Positions 1-11,458 of a stretch of 64,000 bases of DNA are shown here, piece by piece (positions within the stretch are counted from its first letter, which is position 1; each line of letters starts with the position of its first letter). The position numbers and the translations under genes were made by a program. Under the pieces are notes generated by a model. It saw nothing but the letters and a program-made list of their open reading frames with translations. It made no database searches and was not told the DNA's origin. Source of the DNA: Dimorphilus gyrociliatus (lineage: Eukaryota; Animalia; Annelida); assembly GCA_904063045.1 (NCBI GenBank), contig CAJFCJ010000006.1:3612408-3676407 (forward strand). Direction: 5' to 3'.

Positions 1-311
1 AATATATTAGGGAAAGTCTCATTAATCATTTAATATCTGCCACTAAAACGTTTCAAAGTAGATAATGTGAGTGATTCAATTAGATAGGCTACCCTTAAGG
101 AATGGAATAATTCTTCAGAAACCACTCTGATATTTACAGGGCGCCATATTTCTGAGTTGCAGGTGCTTGTTTACAGAATTTTGTCGTTTATCCTCAGAGT
201 TTTTGTATAAAATCTGTTACTAGGAATCAGAAAAACATCCGATATAGTCTAAATTTTTGATTTGAGAAATTATAGTTGGATCAATTATTTTACTTTCATT
301 TTTCATAAGAC

Positions 312-3014
312 ATGTCATCCTTCGTCAATCAGAGGATTCGAGAAGCTCAGCAAGATATATTTAAAAATTACGGGGTTCGAAAGATACAATTAGGTAGAAA
401 TGTTGTTCTGAGTCTTGACGAAGAGTCTCGTGAAGAAGATACGAATGGTAGCGACTCAGATGATCGTAACTGTTTTGGCACAAGGCATGGCAGGAAACGT
501 GACTACGATTCATCCAGTGATAATCTAGCTTCTGATTTTTCATCAAATGACTGCATGAGAAATAAGTTTAATGATATGGAAGAGGATTATGTAATAGGTT
601 CAAAACCTGGACCTAAAAGCTCCAAGCAAAGATTTAAACTAAGAAGGTTCAGTAAGGGTAGAAATGGTTCAGATGGGGAAATTTCAAATACTGAATTGAA
701 CGGAGGTATGTTAGAATGTTGTTTTGAACAATTAAATGTAAAGATTGTAATTTTTTTGCAGAAGATAAAATAGATTCAAGAATTATGTCCTGTAAGTGTG
801 CGATAACGAAACTCCCAATATCTTTAATATCAGGAACCAAATGCGAAGCTATTGATAGCATTAATGATAAAAAGGTGCACTGTACGAATGATGCCAGATC
901 GAAATACTACCGTACAGTTGCTGCCAACCGGCCATCAATTATCGTATGCTCAAAGCACGAAGAAGAGATGAAGAATCATCGCTTTTGTCCTCACTGTGGA
1001 CTATGCTGTGCCGAAGGGGCTTTTATACAATGCAATTCATCCCCAAAATCGCATTTAATGCACGAATATTGTTGCACTCGTGAATCTAACGTTGTTAAAT
1101 GTAGTCATTGTGCATCTGACGTTATATCTAAACGTTACTATAGAATTTCTCATTGGCAAACCGAAAGGAGAAAAACTACAAGGAGGTCTATTATGGATCC
1201 CATTAAAGAAAATCAACCAAAATCACCAAAGAAAACCAAATCAAATGCAGGTGTGACTGTTCTAGGAAAATTATGTGGAATAATCTTACAGTTAACGCCA
1301 AAGTCTCAAGAACGAATTGATCTTACCACATACGTTTTACCGAATTTTGAACGGAAAGTCAATTCAAAACTACTAATCGGATGTATAAACAAAAATGATT
1401 GTATAGGAGTTGCTGAGTGTTTCCTAAATGGAATAAAATTGGAAGAGCCAATAACTAGGGATAATGAAACACCCCTAATGTATGCAGTAGCTAAAGACAA
1501 ATTAGATATAGTGAATCTATTGACGACAATGGGTGCCGACATAGAAGCATCTGATTCTGTACGTATATTTTGAATTTTTTATCGAATATTTAATTGAACT
1601 TTTTTGTTTTTTATTGCCACAGTCGAACAACACTCCATTATTAAAGGCTGTACAAAAAGGAAATATTGAAATTGTAAAATTATTAATGCGGCATGGAGCT
1701 AATGTGAATAAGACAAATGATAATGGAAAGTCCGTTTTACATTTGGCAGCTAGCACAGGAAAAGTAAATCTCTTGAAACTGTTCCTAGAGAGGAAATTAG
1801 ATGTCAATGTCCAAGATTTTGATGGTTTCACACCTCTCGTTTATGCAGCAGAAGTGGGTCACTTGAGTTGCGGCGAATTTTTATTAAAAAATGGCAGTGA
1901 TCCAACAATAGAAGATCATGAAAAGTCTATGGCAATTCATTGGGCAGCTGTTGGAGGGAATATTAAATTGGTTTTATTATGCTATGAATATGGCTGTGAT
2001 ATAAATGCTGCGAACAATAACGGAGACACTGCTCTACATATTGCCGCACGTAGAGGAAACGAAAATATGGTATATGAAATATCTACGCATGCTATAGAGA
2101 GCATAACAGTCTCAAATAATGAAAACAAAACCCCCGTTTATATGGCTGCCTCATTAGGAAAGTGTAGCTATAACTATTTGAAGGCTAAGAAATTATTATA
2201 TACTGACAATCTCTTAAGAGAAAGGCTCATAACAACCGATCTGTCTAAAGGGAAAGAGACTGTCCCTATACCTGTTTTCAACGGTGTTGATCGTTCAGAC
2301 GAAATTGAACCTTTTATTTATGTAAGAGATAATATCGAACTGGATGACCTTAGCAGAAATATAAATTTCAAAGCTCTTGCGGGCTGTAAGTGTGATCCCG
2401 AACTATCGACCTGTTCTACGTTAGATTGTAGTTGCGCTCAACACTCGTTGGGCGTGCCTTATACAGAGGAAGGACGTCTACAAGAAAGAACTATTAAAGG
2501 AGTAAAAACGCCAAGATTATTTGAATGTAATGATATGTGTAAATGTTCGAGTAAATGCAGTAATAGAGTTGTTCAGAATGGAATCACTTTCCGAATTGAT
2601 CTTTTCAAAACCAAGAGGAAAGGATGGGGAGTTAGAGCAGCTCAACAAATACCTAAAAACTCTTTCATCTGTGAATATATTGGTGAAGTGATATCAGATG
2701 CAAGTGCCGACGATCGTCAGCATAATGATTCCTATATATATGAAATATGTGAGGACAGAAATGATACTCATTGCATAGATGCAGCAACCTACGCAAATAT
2801 TGCCAGATTCATAAATCATAGTTGTGAACCGAATTTATTCATTACAAGAGTTTATACGAATTGTCAGGATTTAAGCTTTCCCCGGATATGTTTTTTTACC
2901 CTGAAGGATATTTTTATAGGCGAAGAATTGTCGTATGATTATGGATCAACCTTTTGGGAAATGAAGAAATTTAAATGCGCTTGTGGAACTGAATCCTGTC
3001 GATATTCGAATTAA
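312..3014 (+). CDS. EHMT1: Histone H3K9 methyltransferase EHMT1/2 (G9a/GLP) orthologue; join(312..705,762..1558,1623..3014)
   Basis: Three ORFs join through phase-consistent GT-AG introns (706..761, 1559..1622). Domains: Cys-rich region (HRFCPHCGLCC...CSHC), ankyrin repeats (TPLMYA, TPLLKA, LHLAA, TPLVYAA, AIHWAA, TALHIAA), pre-SET Cys cluster, SET (RFINHSCEPN, EELSYDYG) and post-SET CACGTESC. Confidence 0.93.
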
Positions 3015-3499
3015 TAGATATATATTTTTATTCTTTTGTCTGCTTATTTGATAATTTATATGTAAAATTAGCAACTCTCTATAAGTTTACAACAATTGTT
3101 AATAATGCATTTATAATCCTCCGAATAAGGGAATAATAGAGTATTGCATTGGGCGATAATTATTATTTAACGACCGCGTACTCTTATAAAAAGGCAGCGT
3201 TTCGCTTACGAAAAGGGCGTAGCCAATAGTGTTGGGTTTCTGTCGATTTTATTTAATCCGAAAGCGTTTAAAAAAACGTTCTTTTGTGTTTAATTATTAA
3301 CAGGGCGGCCGTCTTAATATGGAGATCCAGTCGATTTTTCTATTGTAGCTGAGCAGACTAAGCAAATATGTACATGGAAGGCCAACAAAAGCGCACGCCG
3401 CTCTTTCAGTAGGCCGCTCTTCCGAAGTGCTTTCTCATTCAACTATCGACGTCAATAACGATAGTGCCAGAGCGTCTAGGGCGTTCAATAGCAAACGAC

Positions 3500-6400
3500 A
3501 TGGAAGACGAGAAGAAAAAGGAAAAATTTCGACGAGCTTGGATGAACCACATGAAAAATAAAATGTTTATTATTCAACGGTATTTTAAAACCATCCAGGA
3601 TAGTAAGGAATCAGAAGGTCAGTTAATTTATAATTGTTTAGCATATAATTTTTCCTTGTAAAATATGAATACGCTCATTTTCTTTAATCAAATCAGGTTC
3701 CGACATGACGCTCCAAATAACGGATCTCAACCGGCAGATGGCACGTCGACCCTCACCTGCTGGTAGCAGTAATAACTCGTTGAACGAAGGTATGACATAA
3801 TCATTTCAATTTGAGTTGAATGTATTGGACAATAATTCATTATTACCTTTAATTGATTTATTTTAAAACTGTCTATATTTAAAACAATCTTAAAGAATTA
3901 TAAAAGTTTTATAGTGGTTGTTTTTATTTTCTTAATCGAGTGTTCTTTGCACTTTTTGTAATTTGTACCTGACAATTTCTTTTTTTCATCTTTCTATTAC
4001 ATCCGGTTCTCCATTGAATTCAAAGGAAATTTAGGGCGCAAAAAGTTTGAAAAAGTGAACAGCTAGGGGCGGCTTTACTTTTTAGAAAGTCGACCAAGAC
4101 TAATAAATCACTCCATTATCTTCTAGATATTCGATTTGTGTCAAATCAGGAGTACAATCGATATTACGTAATGCTAGGCGAATTACGTAACTGAGTGGAC
4201 GGTAGGCCTGAGTAAACGGTTGAAAGACTTACTATTTGAAAGGAAACGGGGAAGGGGTTGAGAGAACATAACACGTTCGGAACACGTTCGGAAGGGGTCG
4301 TGTTTGCTTGTGACGGGGTACCAGTCTATTCAATTCTATTGGCGCCATTCGACTGACTGACCGTCGGGCTGGCAGCATGTCACAATATCTAATGGAATTA
4401 TGATGAGCAGGGCGGACTCCAGTTGCATTCCTAAGCCTGTCGTTTATTTATAAGGATATTCTTATTCTCTTTTTTCAATATGCTTGGCGAAAGTGTTAAA
4501 AGAAAAGCTCAGAACATTCGCTGATCAGAGGCGGCGAATGTGTACAGTGTAAGCAAATCGTATATAGGCTCGAATATGAAAGGAGGCCGAGATGAAAGAA
4601 GAACGTGCGCGAAGTTCATCTCTACCGCCTTGTGAGTAGTTATCCGACTCTTAAAATTGAGTTTCAATTAATAGTAGAAAAAAAGTAGCTGCACCTGGCT
4701 CTCTTTTCTCTTTATTTCTTCATTTCTTTCTCTTCGTCTTTCTCTCTGCACCCACTTCTTTTCTTTATTATTTTCTTACTGCGAGCGTTAAAAGGCGGTG
4801 AAGCATCGTGAAAAAAAAGGTGTATTACATCTGCCAGAAAAAATAGCCCCCCAGGCTATTATACCATTTTATTTCGCCTTCTATTCGTTCTTTTTTTATT
4901 CAGATCGGCGACAATCACGTCTTGAAACGAGTCGACCTTACAATTATCGGAAATCGGGTGGAGGAGAAATCAGTGAAAATCTGGCCGATATTTCCGGACC
5001 TCTAACAGAGCATGCTTTACTAGTCGCTCTGCAAAATAGCGTCTCATCAAATAGATGTTGCGTGAGTATATATAAAATTGAACCTATATATATATATACA
5101 GGTATATATGACTATATGCTATCATATTGGCTTGTATTACATATTAACCTGGTTGATAGGCCGCTTTAAAACTTATAAAAAAGTTAACGTTTCCGAATAT
5201 TGTGACCTAGAAAAAGGGTTGATAGTCCTTAATGTCGTCTTAATTAGAAGTGTTTTCGCGAACGTCGTTAACGCAGCAAGACGCTTGACACGGGACGAAA
5301 TTTCCCGCCGATTTTTCATACTAATTGTCTATTGACATGAACCTTCACATTCCAGACTAAAATCGGAACGGTGACGGTGGTCTTGAATAGGCGTCAACGC
5401 CAACCGCCCCCACGGCTTTTGGAAGTAACGCCTGTTTGCTCCCATCTGCGAAATGTCGTTGACGAAGCTGTCAATCAGTACTTCGATACGGGTCAGAGTC
5501 AGACGATCATTTTAAGCGGATTATCGGGAGCGGGAAAAACGGACGCGTGCCGCCGAATACAACGCCATTTTTTGGACATTTGTGGCGGAGGTAAAGAAAC
5601 TGATGTTTTTAAGCATTCTTCCGCCGCATTAACTGTTCTACACTCGCTTACTACTTGTTCAACCCCTCTAAATCCTCATGCAAGCCGATTGGTAAGTACG
5701 CTTTTATTATACCAAGACACGCACAGAAATAGATAAGGGTGAAGATATAACCCTAAAAGGACTTCAATTATATCGCGTGATGACCGTTTTTTTTGTTGAA
5801 CCTTTGAAGAATCGGTCTCCTTTAAGCCTATACATGCTGGCGCCTAAAAATCTAGTTCGGAACGCCAGTGAAACGCCCAAGCGTTATTTTCTTACGCGTT
5901 GGTGAATACGTTACGTACTTCAAAAGCATTCAATTTATGCAGGAGAAATTAAAAACCGGAAGAGACCGTGTTTTGTAATTTATATTGTGTAGATATCTAT
6001 AAATATATATATACTGTATATATACAATATATACATAAACAGTTAGAGGAGTAAATTTTATAGCTGTTTTTTTGTGCCAAGTCTTATTTATATAGTCGAC
6101 TTTTAGAGGATTATGTCGTAGTACTAAAAGGCGCAAGACTCAACTCTTTTATTATTCCAGGGTTACTATTTAGAAAATCAAATAACGAATGGTGCTATAC
6201 AAAAGTTGCGAGTAACTTGCTATTTCTTTGATTCGGTAAGTTATCCATACGATGTCTTACTTTTGTGATTTAATTGTGAGATATTCTAATAAAAAATATA
6301 TAATAATATTATATACGACTCTTTCTATTGTATTCAATAAAATAGGGAAAGAGGTTTGAAAAACGTTCAAAATGACAAAATTTTAAAAAGCTGTCAGAAC

Positions 6401-8862
6401 TTTAGCATATGAGGGGTGCTAAAAAGAATGTAAAACATTCTCTAATAATTTGTTTTATCGACGCTCTTTCAGTCCCGCGTTGTACGTCTACCTCCTACTG
6501 AGCGCAACTATCACGTCTTCTATCTTCTTCTATCAGCACTTTCCAACTCGGAAAAAGGTTTTTCTTTTCTATTGTAAAATTCAATTATTTATAATAAAAT
6601 AATTATTATTATTTACTGAGATACCTTATTTGTTTGCGGAATATTTACGATCTTCCTATTGACGTGTACGTTCTTTTTAACCCTTTCTATTTTATCTAGC
6701 TAAATTCCACCTGCAAGGATATTCGGCGAATAATTTGTGTTATTTAAGTGCCGGCGACGTTAGAACTTTTTCGCCTGAGGATAATGTTCAAAGGCTATCG
6801 GCTTGGACGGTACGTATAAATGAGATTCTTATCACATCATCTCGGTATGATAATGATACGCTTTCATTTACCTATGACACTCTTTTTTGTAAAGGCCGCC
6901 CTAACCGTTCTTGGCATACCCGTGGCTGATGTCCTTCGTATACTTAGCGCAGTTCTCCTGCTAGGAAACATATGCTTTAGCGATGGACCAGACTCTCGCC
7001 CTATACTTCGGGGTGAACAAGAATTACAATCTGTTGCCAGTTTACTCGGCTTATCCTCTTCTTCATTAAAAGCTGGTTTGACCACTATTATGCAACGTGT
7101 TAGGATGCAAAAAGTCTCCTCAATAGCTGACGCGGCGGCGGCGAATTCTATTAGAGACGCGCTAGCGGAAGCCCTTTTTGCCCGAACAATAACAGCGGTA
7201 GTGAGGAGGATCAATTGCGCCTCTCGCCGAACCCCTCAAACTTCAACAATTAACGCAACGACAACCAGTGACAGTAGTCAGGATTCGAGCGGTATGAGAC
7301 AGAAAATTTATATTCATAAAATTCTACTTTCAACACCTGTTTTCCCAACGGTTTTTTTATTACTTCCATACAGAACAAAGCGTTTCGCACGGTAAAATCT
7401 CACCGGTTGCCGCTACTATTAGCGTGCTAGATTTTCCGGGTTTCGAGAATTTCCGCACCAATTCAGCTGCTCAATTGTCTATGAACATCGGTGCCGAATC
7501 ACTTCAGCATTTTTATACTACTCACATTCTCGCTCAACCGCGAAGGGCTTGTCTTGACGAACAATTGCAAACGGATATCGCCTTCTACGACAATAGTCCT
7601 GTTCTACAGGTGTTAACAGCTCCTCGAACGGGCATTATAAGCCTACTCGATGCTCATAATTCCAGTCAAATGACAGCTATACGAGAATTTATTCAGGATG
7701 TTAGATCTCAACACACGGCAACGAACTTGTAAGTGTTTTAATTAAAGAAATAGTAATTATATTTTGAATGAATAGCGCCATCTATCGTTGTTTTAATATT
7801 TTTTTTTTGTATAGTGTATACGAACCTACTGAAACAAATGCCGACTTCGGAATAAGACACTTTGCCGAACCCGTTTCGTATGATGCTGAAACTTTAATTA
7901 AACAAAATTCTGACAATTTACCAAGTAGCATTGTTAATATGTTTTCAACCTCCTCATTTGGGTTTGCGGCCCATCTGTTCACCAATGAATTGAAAAATAT
8001 GAATGGAACAACTTCTTGCCGAATTTGTCCGCCACCTGATGTTCGTATTACGAGCAGAAGTTCCGGATTATGCCAAGATGCCTACGCATTTATACAATAC
8101 GTGATGGCAAGTGCTAAGAGTGGTTACCCGCATTTTATTCAATGCTTGAGAACCTCGGGGAAATCGGGCTTTTCGAGAGAACTGGTGGCAAAGCAGACTC
8201 GTGCTTTGCAGCTGCTGGAAACTCTTCATGTTATGAGTGATGGTCTTGCCCATAGAATTCGCCATTCAGCTTTCATAAATCGGTTCCGTATTTTAGCTCC
8301 TCGAGATTCAAAAATAGGAGTGCGTTCTATATTGGAATCTATAATTGATTACTCTAAGGGCACAAGATCGTGGTGTGCAGGGAAAAAGTACGTCTTACTT
8401 AGTGAAACTTGCCGCAAGCGCTTGGAGGAGGCTCGCTGTCGCAGACGAAATGCTGCGGCCACCATTATTCAAGCGTATTGGAGACGACGTCAATGCCTTA
8501 AGCGTTGGCCGCACCTGAAACGACATTTAAGGCAGAGACAGAAACCTGCGATAGTCCGTCGACGACATCATTCTTGGAGCGAAACTCCCCCTCCAGCCAT
8601 ACCCTTACAACGCCCATACACTATTGTGGATGGTAAGAAAGTTGGATTTCCCCAACAAAGAGTAATGAAGGAGACTTACAACACAAATTACGGAGTTTCG
8701 TTAAAGCAAGGGCAAGGCATTACTGTTGTTGGACAAGCAAAACAACCAGGCTACGTGCTTGTTCAAGTTCCCTCTAAGCCATCTGTACCTGTACCTTTTC
8801 ATTTGACAAACATTCGCAGATCATCTAGCGCAACTAATCTCTCTCTTCCCATTGACATTTAA
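3500..8862 (+). CDS. dachs: Dachs-type unconventional myosin (Fat/Hippo pathway); exons 3500..3617, 3697..3789, 4904..5061, 5356..5691, 6161..6235, 6473..6557, 6700..6809, 6895..7291, 7374..7728, 7815..8862
   Basis: All junctions are GT-AG and phase-consistent on manual translation. Motifs: dachs-like NLADISGPLTEHALL, P-loop GLSGAGKT, ERNYHVFY, LDFPGFENF, FGIRHFAEPVSYD, IQ motif IIQAYWRR and C-terminal PLQRPYTIVDGKKVGFPQQRVMK. The 5' end is less certain. Confidence 0.85.
4592..4631 (+). other. Candidate alternative first coding exon of dachs (MKEERARSSSLPP), inside the 1.1-kb intron
   Basis: ATG at 4592 with an in-frame stop just upstream and a strong GTGAGT donor at 4632. Phase 1 matches the acceptor at 4903/4904. 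Confidence 0.4.
7775..7787 (-). promoter_or_regulatory. CTCF-like motif (CGATAGATGGCGC on minus strand) in a dachs intron
   Basis: Contains the AGATGGCGC core of the CCACYAGRKGGCGC-type consensus, in AT-rich intron 7729..7814. Confidence 0.35.
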
Positions 8863-9023
8863 AAATTTGTATCAGGTGCTTTGTCAGTATTTTTTTTTTT
8901 TTTGATATAAATAAAAATAATAGAAAAAAATCAAAGAACGTGCCGGATATCGACATTCCAATGATAAAGGCCTAAACTTAGGCGTGGCGTTTTAAACGCA
9001 TAGACGTATATGCTGCAGTAAAC

Positions 9024-10026
9024 ATGCAGTCGGCGTTCCTAACGTTTCTTTTGCCGTTGACTTTAGCAACAGACTGTTTTTTCAATAATAAATATGAAGC
9101 TTCTTACGACTATCGCGTTGATGTAATGACTGCAAATTATAAATATGGACAAACTACATCAGGTTTGAAGTGAAGATATACAGCATATATTTATATAATT
9201 TGTATGAATATATATTTATATGATATCTAATTTAAACTATCAAATATCTATTATATGTTTTCATATCTTTCTCTTCAATTAAGTATAGAATTTATAGAAT
9301 TCATTCGACTAAATCGATTATTTAAGACGAGAAATGTATAGGTAAGCGCTAAATATTGCTGTATTTCAGTGAAACTTACAAAAGGGAAGGGTTCTAATAA
9401 AACATTAGAAATACGCGTTGTCATGCAAGCCAGAACTTCTTCGCTCAATTCAACAGAGATAATTGGAAGATGGCAACAAGTTAACAATACACAGGACCCC
9501 GATCAAATTATAACATGTCATTTTCCAAACGATACTGTCAATATGTCTATTGAATCGAATCGTGTTGTTGGAACGGTTGGTTCCTGGTTTTGGTTAGCCG
9601 ATAAACCTGCGCACACTATAAAGAGTTTTTATTTTATGTAAGCAATTACGTTATTCTGACAAAAAAAATAAAAAACATAATTAAAAAACGCCATTTTCTG
9701 CAAAAAAAAAAAACATATAAAAAAATTAAAAAGCATGAAGAACTAGGATTAAAAACTCGATATTAACTATACTATATAGAGCGAAAATTTGGACAAACGA
9801 GTCTCAAGAATGGAAGAGTTTAAGATCGAAGACTATACAAATTTATGGAAGTAAAGGAGGAACAACGGTAAACTGAGAACAGGTTTCAATATTGGAATAT
9901 AATAATATTTTATTTTTTCAATTGCAGACTGAAGATGATATGTTTCAGACGCGTTTAATTGCAATTGGAACTTTAGTTTTCACCTATATAGGAATGTACT
10001 TTGTTTTCTCTTTACTCCTACTATAA
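9024..10026 (+). CDS. Reeler-domain protein with signal peptide and C-terminal hydrophobic anchor (197 aa); join(9024..9162,9370..9637,9780..9867,9928..10026)
   Basis: Four phase-consistent exons. Signal peptide MQSAFLTFLLPLTLA; Reeler-like blocks YRVDVMTANYKYGQTTSVKLT, VVMQAR, IIGRW, WFWLAD, FYFIAKI; terminal LIAIGTLVFTYIGMYFVFSLLLL. Confidence 0.75.
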
Positions 10027-10493
10027 AAAATGAACCCATTTCTTTCAAATTTGTACTAATTTAACCGCAGATGGAGCCACAAGTGGTCATTTCTTAAGAA
10101 AATTTTTATTGTTCAGCTTTAGATGTTTTTATTTAATGATCTATTTTCTTTCTTAAGATAAGAAGTAAAAATTATGTAAATTTTTAAAATATTATGCAAA
10201 TTAACTTGTTTTTTGAATATTCAATAACATTGAAAAAAAAAAAGATATTTCTTTATTAATAGATTATTATAATTTTTCTTCCCCACAACGTAACTTGTCA
10301 AGTTGTAATATGATTGTTCTCATTCCTTGTTACTTCTTCAAGTATATAGGCCTACATTGCTTAAAAAAATAAAACACCCTTGAAAAAAAATTTGAAGATG
10401 TTTACCGAAACCTTAAAGGTTTCTTCTTTTATCAAATAGACTTATTAGCAGAAATAGGATATTTCGGTGATCTTTTTAAGTTTTAAATGGAAA

Positions 10494-11154
10494 TTCTCAC
10501 GGGAAAGGGTTTCAAGTGGAATACAAATGATTATGAAAGAAAACTGAAAAGAGAGAAAGAGATTGTATGAGGTAACTGCGAATGAGGTAGGGAGGGGGGA
10601 GGGCGGGAGAAGGGAAACTAAGAATAAAAAATGAAAGGTTTTTTTTTTGTAATTAAAATAAAGAAAAAAAAAACAACGAGAGACTTTCTCACTCTTATTG
10701 TTTTCTTTTCCGTTATATAACTGCCAAAGTTAATTTGCATAAAACAAGTTAATTTTCTCTTTCTTATGTTAAAAATAGAGAAATTTTCTCATGTCGATAA
10801 AGTTAATGAAAAATGTCTCGTGTCTAAAGAATAAAATAGAAGAGAGATAGCTGATTATTTTATTGACATAGAAATTATCGTTCTCTACCGTCTTTTAGTT
10901 AAACAGCAAGTAAACAAACTATACTTTCACTGACAATGGGCTATAATTTAAGCTTGTTAAACTGGGCATATCCGTTCAACAAAGAACCTTCTAAATAACT
11001 TTAATAACCCCCCTCTCCCTACCTTTTTTTGACTGTCATTAAAAGACTAGAAAAGTATTTATGACCCCCTATCCTAAATTTAATTAGGGATAGAAACGAA
11101 AGATAAGAGGTGAGTTTGTGGCGTTCAATCTTGAATGTGGTCGCTCTTCTCACA
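10494..11154 (-). promoter_or_regulatory. Cluster of three Su(H)/CSL sites and one N-box upstream of HES
   Basis: TTCTCACG 10494..10501, TTCTCAC 10686..10692 and TTCTCACA 11147..11154 all read GTGAGAA on the minus strand. CTCGTG (CACGAG N-box) at 10817..10822. Confidence 0.5.
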
Positions 11155-11458
11155 CGCCTTATGTAACTGCCCTTATGCGTTACATAATTAAATATAACGT
11201 ATGTAAACACCTGAAAAGAATATATGATTGGACAAAGGCGACCAGCAGCGTCTAATCGTTTTCTCTCTGTGATCTTCGCACTTTGCTCAAACACTCCCAA
11301 AATTCGTCCTTTCTAAAGATTTCAATGCCGAAAGCTATTCGTCAATTGTTTTCTCCTGAAAGGTGGCGCGTTTTCGTCCTTACATAGTTACGGATTGCCC
11401 TTCTGCTCATTTGACGCTTGTTCAAATTCAATTTACCTCCAGACTTGATCCGAGCAAC

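Noticed and set aside
4270-4291. 11-bp direct repeat aacacgttcgg x2 in the dachs intron
   Set aside because: Two short copies with no associated structure; most likely local slippage.
11019-11300. 93-aa minus-strand ORF upstream of HES
   Set aside because: No recognisable motif or splice context; it overlaps the Su(H)-containing regulatory region, whose higher GC explains the open frame.
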